Shown here: positions 61,133-64,000 of the stretch, in pieces | How positions within the stretch are numbered: the first letter of the stretch is position 1 | Layout of the letters: the number at the start of each line of letters is the position of its first letter | Virus record (IMG/VR): IMGVR_UViG_3300028831_000035 | Location: 1-64,000 of that record | DNA length: 64,000 nt | DNA from: a virus | Direction: 5' to 3' (one strand) | Translations under genes and position numbers: made by a program | Notes under the pieces: model-generated | Seen by the model: only the letters and a program-made list of their open reading frames with translations | The model's database searches: none | What the model was told of the DNA's origin: nothing

Positions 61133-61351
61133 CTATTTGCCCTGTATCTTCAGTCGCCAGAGCCTGTTGCGCACTGCCGACGACGTACGGAAGAGGGCCA
61201 GTGACATGCCCGTGTTGGACCAGCCAGCACGGTACATCTGCATCAGGAACTCATCCTCTAGCTGTGTCCATCTATCCTTGGCAGCCCGTCTTCCGGACGC
61301 CTTGCGGGTTGCGATTGTCACAGCCAGTTCGTGCGGTACTTTGATGCTCAC
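61133..61351 (-). CDS. Myb/SANT-like DNA-binding protein
   Basis: 72 aa. W-x19-W-x18-W spacing (WTQLEDEFLMQMYRAGWSNTGMSLALFRTSSAVRNRLWRL). GTG lies 6 nt after GGGAGG. Confidence 0.65.
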   Translation of the reverse strand: MSIKVPHELAVTIATRKASGRRAAKDRWTQLEDEFLMQMYRAGWSNTGMSLALFRTSSAVRNRLWRLKIQGK

Positions 61352-61384
61352 TGACTACCTCCCGTCCGGGGTTACGTCCAGGCA

Positions 61385-61696
61385 CTACCCTGCACGGCGA
61401 AGACCAGCACGAATGTCTCCGATCAGGCGTCGATCGAGAATGCTGTCCCGGGGAATCAGCAGGCGAGGGTCATCGTAACGTGACTCGCCCTTGACTCCCG
61501 GAGTGTGGAACGTGCCTGCACCCTTGCCGGTGTGCTGGGTTGCGCACGAGCAGTTGTTGCTGTGCCGCCTAGCGGAGCCCGGCTTTGCGGAGCGCTTCTT
61601 CGACGGCCGCTTCTGCTGCCGCTCGTCCGGCCGACTCGACGACGTCTCCGTCTTCGTCCTCGACGGCTGTCCTGACTTCCCGCGCTTCGTCATCAT
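61385..61696 (-). CDS. basic hypothetical protein, doubtful
   Basis: 103-aa track ORF. The distal 60 codons fill an otherwise non-coding 217-nt gap and have high GC3. The only start (ATG 61696) lies 128 nt inside the upstream gene. Confidence 0.25.
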   Translation of the reverse strand: MMTKRGKSGQPSRTKTETSSSRPDERQQKRPSKKRSAKPGSARRHSNNCSCATQHTGKGAGTFHTPGVKGESRYDDPRLLIPRDSILDRRLIGDIRAGLRRAG

Positions 61697-61901
61697 TCCC
61701 CTTGTAGATCAGGCCGACGGTCACAACTGACCTGGTCGGCTCGTACTCTGACAGCACCTCTTCGACCTGGTCGAAGGGCAGCGCCATCTCGTATTCCTTC
61801 GCGTCCTTCGGGCTGCACCCGTACGACTCGAAGGGTACATCGTACACGTAGGTAAGGCTACGTGCCACTCGCAGATGAGTGGGCTGGGTCGGTTCAGTCA
61901 T
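61569..61901 (-). CDS. hypothetical acidic protein
   Basis: 110 aa. Confidence 0.65.
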   Translation of the reverse strand: MTEPTQPTHLRVARSLTYVYDVPFESYGCSPKDAKEYEMALPFDQVEEVLSEYEPTRSVVTVGLIYKGNDDEAREVRTAVEDEDGDVVESAGRAAAEAAVEEALRKAGLR

Positions 61902-61904
61902 ACA

Positions 61905-62165
61905 CTACTCCACTAGTAGTTGGTCTACTTCGTCGTCAGTTAGGGTGATAGTTTCTTGTCCGTGAAGGAATCGAATCCCGTCGTCCTCCCAGTCTCGGTT
62001 GACGTAGCTACCCTCAACCAGTACCAGTTGCGTCGACAGTTCGTACGCTGGGTTGTAATCAGCGTCGACTACTTTTCCCTCGATGATGTACCGCTCGGGT
62101 GGGTTGTTCGGTCGGTTGGTCAGCGAGCCAACGACTCGCCGACCAACCAGCAACCGAACGTACAC
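61905..62165 (-). CDS. hypothetical protein
   Basis: In-frame GTG 62165 lies downstream of the stop of the upstream gene (62192). The longer track ORF (start 62420) has an Arg-rich, off-frame-looking N-terminus. Confidence 0.45.
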   Translation of the reverse strand: MYVRLLVGRRVVGSLTNRPNNPPERYIIEGKVVDADYNPAYELSTQLVLVEGSYVNRDWEDDGIRFLHGQETITLTDDEVDQLLVE

Positions 62166-62191
62166 TGCCCGAGCCTGATGGCTCGTGTCGA

Positions 62192-62941
62192 TCAGTACTC
62201 CTTGAAGTATCCGACCTTGCCGTCGACCCACAGGATCGTTCGGCCCTTCCCGCTGAGTCCGATGTACTCGATACGCGGGACTCGGTAGCTCGTGTCGTTC
62301 GCCTGAAGCGTGCGCACCAGACCGGCCACCTTCCGACGTTCGTCTTCGGGAAGCTTCGAGATGTCCTCGAATGCCTTGTCCTCGGGGTCGCGCACGGTGT
62401 CCGGCTCCAGGTCGGTCCAAACTCCTGACGGACGGAACTCGTACATGTGGTCACCCCTGGTACTTGGGCGGACCTTTTTCTTTCGGTCCACGTCCCAGGA
62501 GCACGCCGTGTCGGCAGCCTTAACGGCCTCGTCCCACGTGACGAACTTCCTTTCGGCCAAGTAGCTAGCAGGGACAGCGCCGAACGGGTGCTCTTCCAGG
62601 ATGCGGGCAACCGCTTCGGCCAGCTCCCGGTCGCGCTGCCCCGCCTCGGTGGCTGCCCACTCTTCCTTACTTGCCTCGGTGGCTGCGGCCTCGCCGTCGT
62701 CGGGCTCCACGACTGGCTCACTCGGCTGACTCTTCTTCTTCGGCTCCCCGGGGTAGTAGTACACCCCGACTTTGAACCGAACCAGCTGACCCTTCTTGGC
62801 CAGGTGTTCCAGGCTGCGCTGTACTTCCTCGCGCGTTGCCTCGCCGAAGCCAGCCACTACTTCGTCGATAGTGTATGTGACTCCGGGGTCACCGGACAGC
62901 CATTCGAGAATCTTGGCGTGTCGACCCGTGCGTGCTGCCAT
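62192..62941 (-). CDS. hypothetical protein with an N-terminal winged-helix-like domain
   Basis: ATG 62941 lies 4 nt after GGGAGG. The track start is GTG 62986. Confidence 0.7.
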   Translation of the reverse strand: MAARTGRHAKILEWLSGDPGVTYTIDEVVAGFGEATREEVQRSLEHLAKKGQLVRFKVGVYYYPGEPKKKSQPSEPVVEPDDGEAAATEASKEEWAATEAGQRDRELAEAVARILEEHPFGAVPASYLAERKFVTWDEAVKAADTACSWDVDRKKKVRPSTRGDHMYEFRPSGVWTDLEPDTVRDPEDKAFEDISKLPEDERRKVAGLVRTLQANDTSYRVPRIEYIGLSGKGRTILWVDGKVGYFKEY

Positions 62942-62951
62942 ACTGCCTCCC

Positions 62952-62980
62952 ATTATCGGGGTTCCCCAGCCGCCAGTCAA
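62952..62980 (-). promoter_or_regulatory. candidate promoter
   Basis: Minus strand: TTGACT, 17 nt spacer, GATAAT. Its -10 lies only 10 nt from the ATG, so the predicted transcript would be nearly leaderless. Confidence 0.4.
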
Positions 62981-63008
62981 TGCCACCAGGCATGGTCGGC
63001 TGGGCTAG

Positions 63009-63040
63009 TGCCTGGGCAGGGAATCGAACCCCACCCAGGC
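63009..63040 (-). ncRNA. tRNA minihelix-like hairpin (acceptor stem stacked on a T arm)
   Basis: GCCTGGG-TGGGG-TTCGATT-CCCTG-CCCAGGC-A. It has a 7-bp acceptor-like stem, a 5-bp T stem (2 G-U), a canonical T-loop and discriminator A. It starts 7 nt after the upstream stop codon. Confidence 0.45.
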
Positions 63041-63047
63041 ATCGTGC

Positions 63048-63980
63048 TTACTGCGGCGCGACCGTGGTCACACCCTTGACGTTGTCCTGGATGACCGCGT
63101 ACAGCTCCAGGTTCTCGTCGATCTTCTTGCTGTCGCGCTCCAGAGCCTTGTCGATGCGAGCGTTGATCGCACCCTGGCTCGGCGGGTTACCGCCAGCGTA
63201 CTCCTGCGACTCGAACTTGGCGAGCTGGTTGACCGACAGGAACTCGTCACCCGAGGCGTCGAACGCCTGCTGCATGTGAACGTGGATGCGACGACGCACA
63301 CCCTCGTACGGGGCACGCGGGGACGAGGTGCTGCTGGCCTTGCGCGCCTTGGTAGGCTTGCCCGAGGCCAGCTTCCACGCAGCGGAAACCAGGGGGTCGA
63401 CGTCCGGCGCCTCGCCCTTGTCCTCGTTCTTGTCGATGAGCCAGGTGACGAGCTTGCGCGCGTCCTCCTGCAGGTCGTCGAGCCGGGTGTCACCCTTGGT
63501 GAGGGCCTCCTGGTACTCGATACCCTCGGGCGGCGTGCTGGAGTAGATCTGCTGCGCCAGCTGGTAGACGACGTAACCCTCGATCCAGGCGACCGACGGG
63601 TCGACCGGCTCCTTGGTGGCGGCAGGCGACTTGGCCGGAGCCAGGTTGCCGATCGCCTTCGAGATGTCGAGGTACACCCGGGCGAGCCGCATGGACTCAA
63701 GGTCGTTCGAGTCGCCGACCGCCTCGGTCATCGCCTCGATGACTCGCGTCTTGGCCCGGTTGCGGAAAGCTCGGGCGGCCGACGGAATCGCCTGGTACAG
63801 CTCGACCGCAGTCTCCTGCAGGCCCTTGTCCTCGGCGGCCTCGATGCCGTCCTTCTTGGCAACCTCAGCGATCGAGGTCAGGTGCGCATCGAACGCGGGG
63901 AACTCGGCCTCGCCCGGCTTCGGACCCTCGGGGGTCGCCTCGGTGGCCGGGGCGGTCTTCTCGACCGTGTCATTGCTCAT
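63048..63980 (-). CDS. hypothetical protein
   Basis: 310 aa, very GC-rich with strong GC3. ACGGAGG RBS upstream. Confidence 0.75.
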   Translation of the reverse strand: MSNDTVEKTAPATEATPEGPKPGEAEFPAFDAHLTSIAEVAKKDGIEAAEDKGLQETAVELYQAIPSAARAFRNRAKTRVIEAMTEAVGDSNDLESMRLARVYLDISKAIGNLAPAKSPAATKEPVDPSVAWIEGYVVYQLAQQIYSSTPPEGIEYQEALTKGDTRLDDLQEDARKLVTWLIDKNEDKGEAPDVDPLVSAAWKLASGKPTKARKASSTSSPRAPYEGVRRRIHVHMQQAFDASGDEFLSVNQLAKFESQEYAGGNPPSQGAINARIDKALERDSKKIDENLELYAVIQDNVKGVTTVAPQ

Positions 63981-64000
63981 TCGTAATACCTCCGTGAGGG

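Noticed and set aside
63009-63040. Simple attP core (captured 3' end of a host tRNA) for the minihelix
   Set aside because: The 5' acceptor strand abuts the T stem. A captured tRNA 3' half would not have this. It is also 16 kb from the recombinase gene. The idea is not excluded, only disfavoured, and a host-genome search would settle it.
63276-63986. 236-aa + ORF antisense to the 310-aa gene at the right edge, plus a second minus-frame ORF at 63068..63700
   Set aside because: Extreme Arg/Leu/Gly or Arg/Ser/Pro composition. The 63048..63980 frame has a balanced composition and an RBS.

Overview
The window looks like most of a tailed actinobacteriophage genome (siphovirus-type), about 60% GC. 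A WhiB-family gene and an LPXTG sortase-substrate gene point to an actinobacterial host. Nt 476-28582 (+) is one rightward late operon. It runs from a TerS-position gene through large terminase, portal, a Mu-I-like protease/scaffold, decoration protein and lambda-E-like capsid. It continues with head-tail joining genes, the major tail protein, G/GT chaperones with a lambda-type GGGAAAG -1 slippery site, and a 1795-aa tape measure. It ends with three minor tail proteins (the first carries a GH46 chitosanase-like domain) and a lysis/membrane cassette. Nt 28715-30323 (-) is a small leftward Cas4-like nuclease/WhiB operon. Nt 30476-35268 (+) is a separate rightward tail-fibre island with an 8x collagen/NGDFY repeat fibre ending in a beta-helix. 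Nt 35305-64000 (-) is a long leftward early region. It holds a methyltransferase, RusA, beta clamp, exonuclease, SNF2 helicase and an SSB-tailed protein. It also holds a tyrosine recombinase with Xis-like HTH, a CobS/CobT-like AAA+/vWA module, a GIY-YIG nuclease, the LPXTG protein and many small membrane proteins. A prim-pol gene starts at nt 255 (-). The least expected signals are three tRNA-like RNA elements, a start-associated CCCCGA...GGGAGG motif recurring at nine or more leftward genes, and places where coding potential changes frame. All functional calls come from motifs read by eye, with no database searches.
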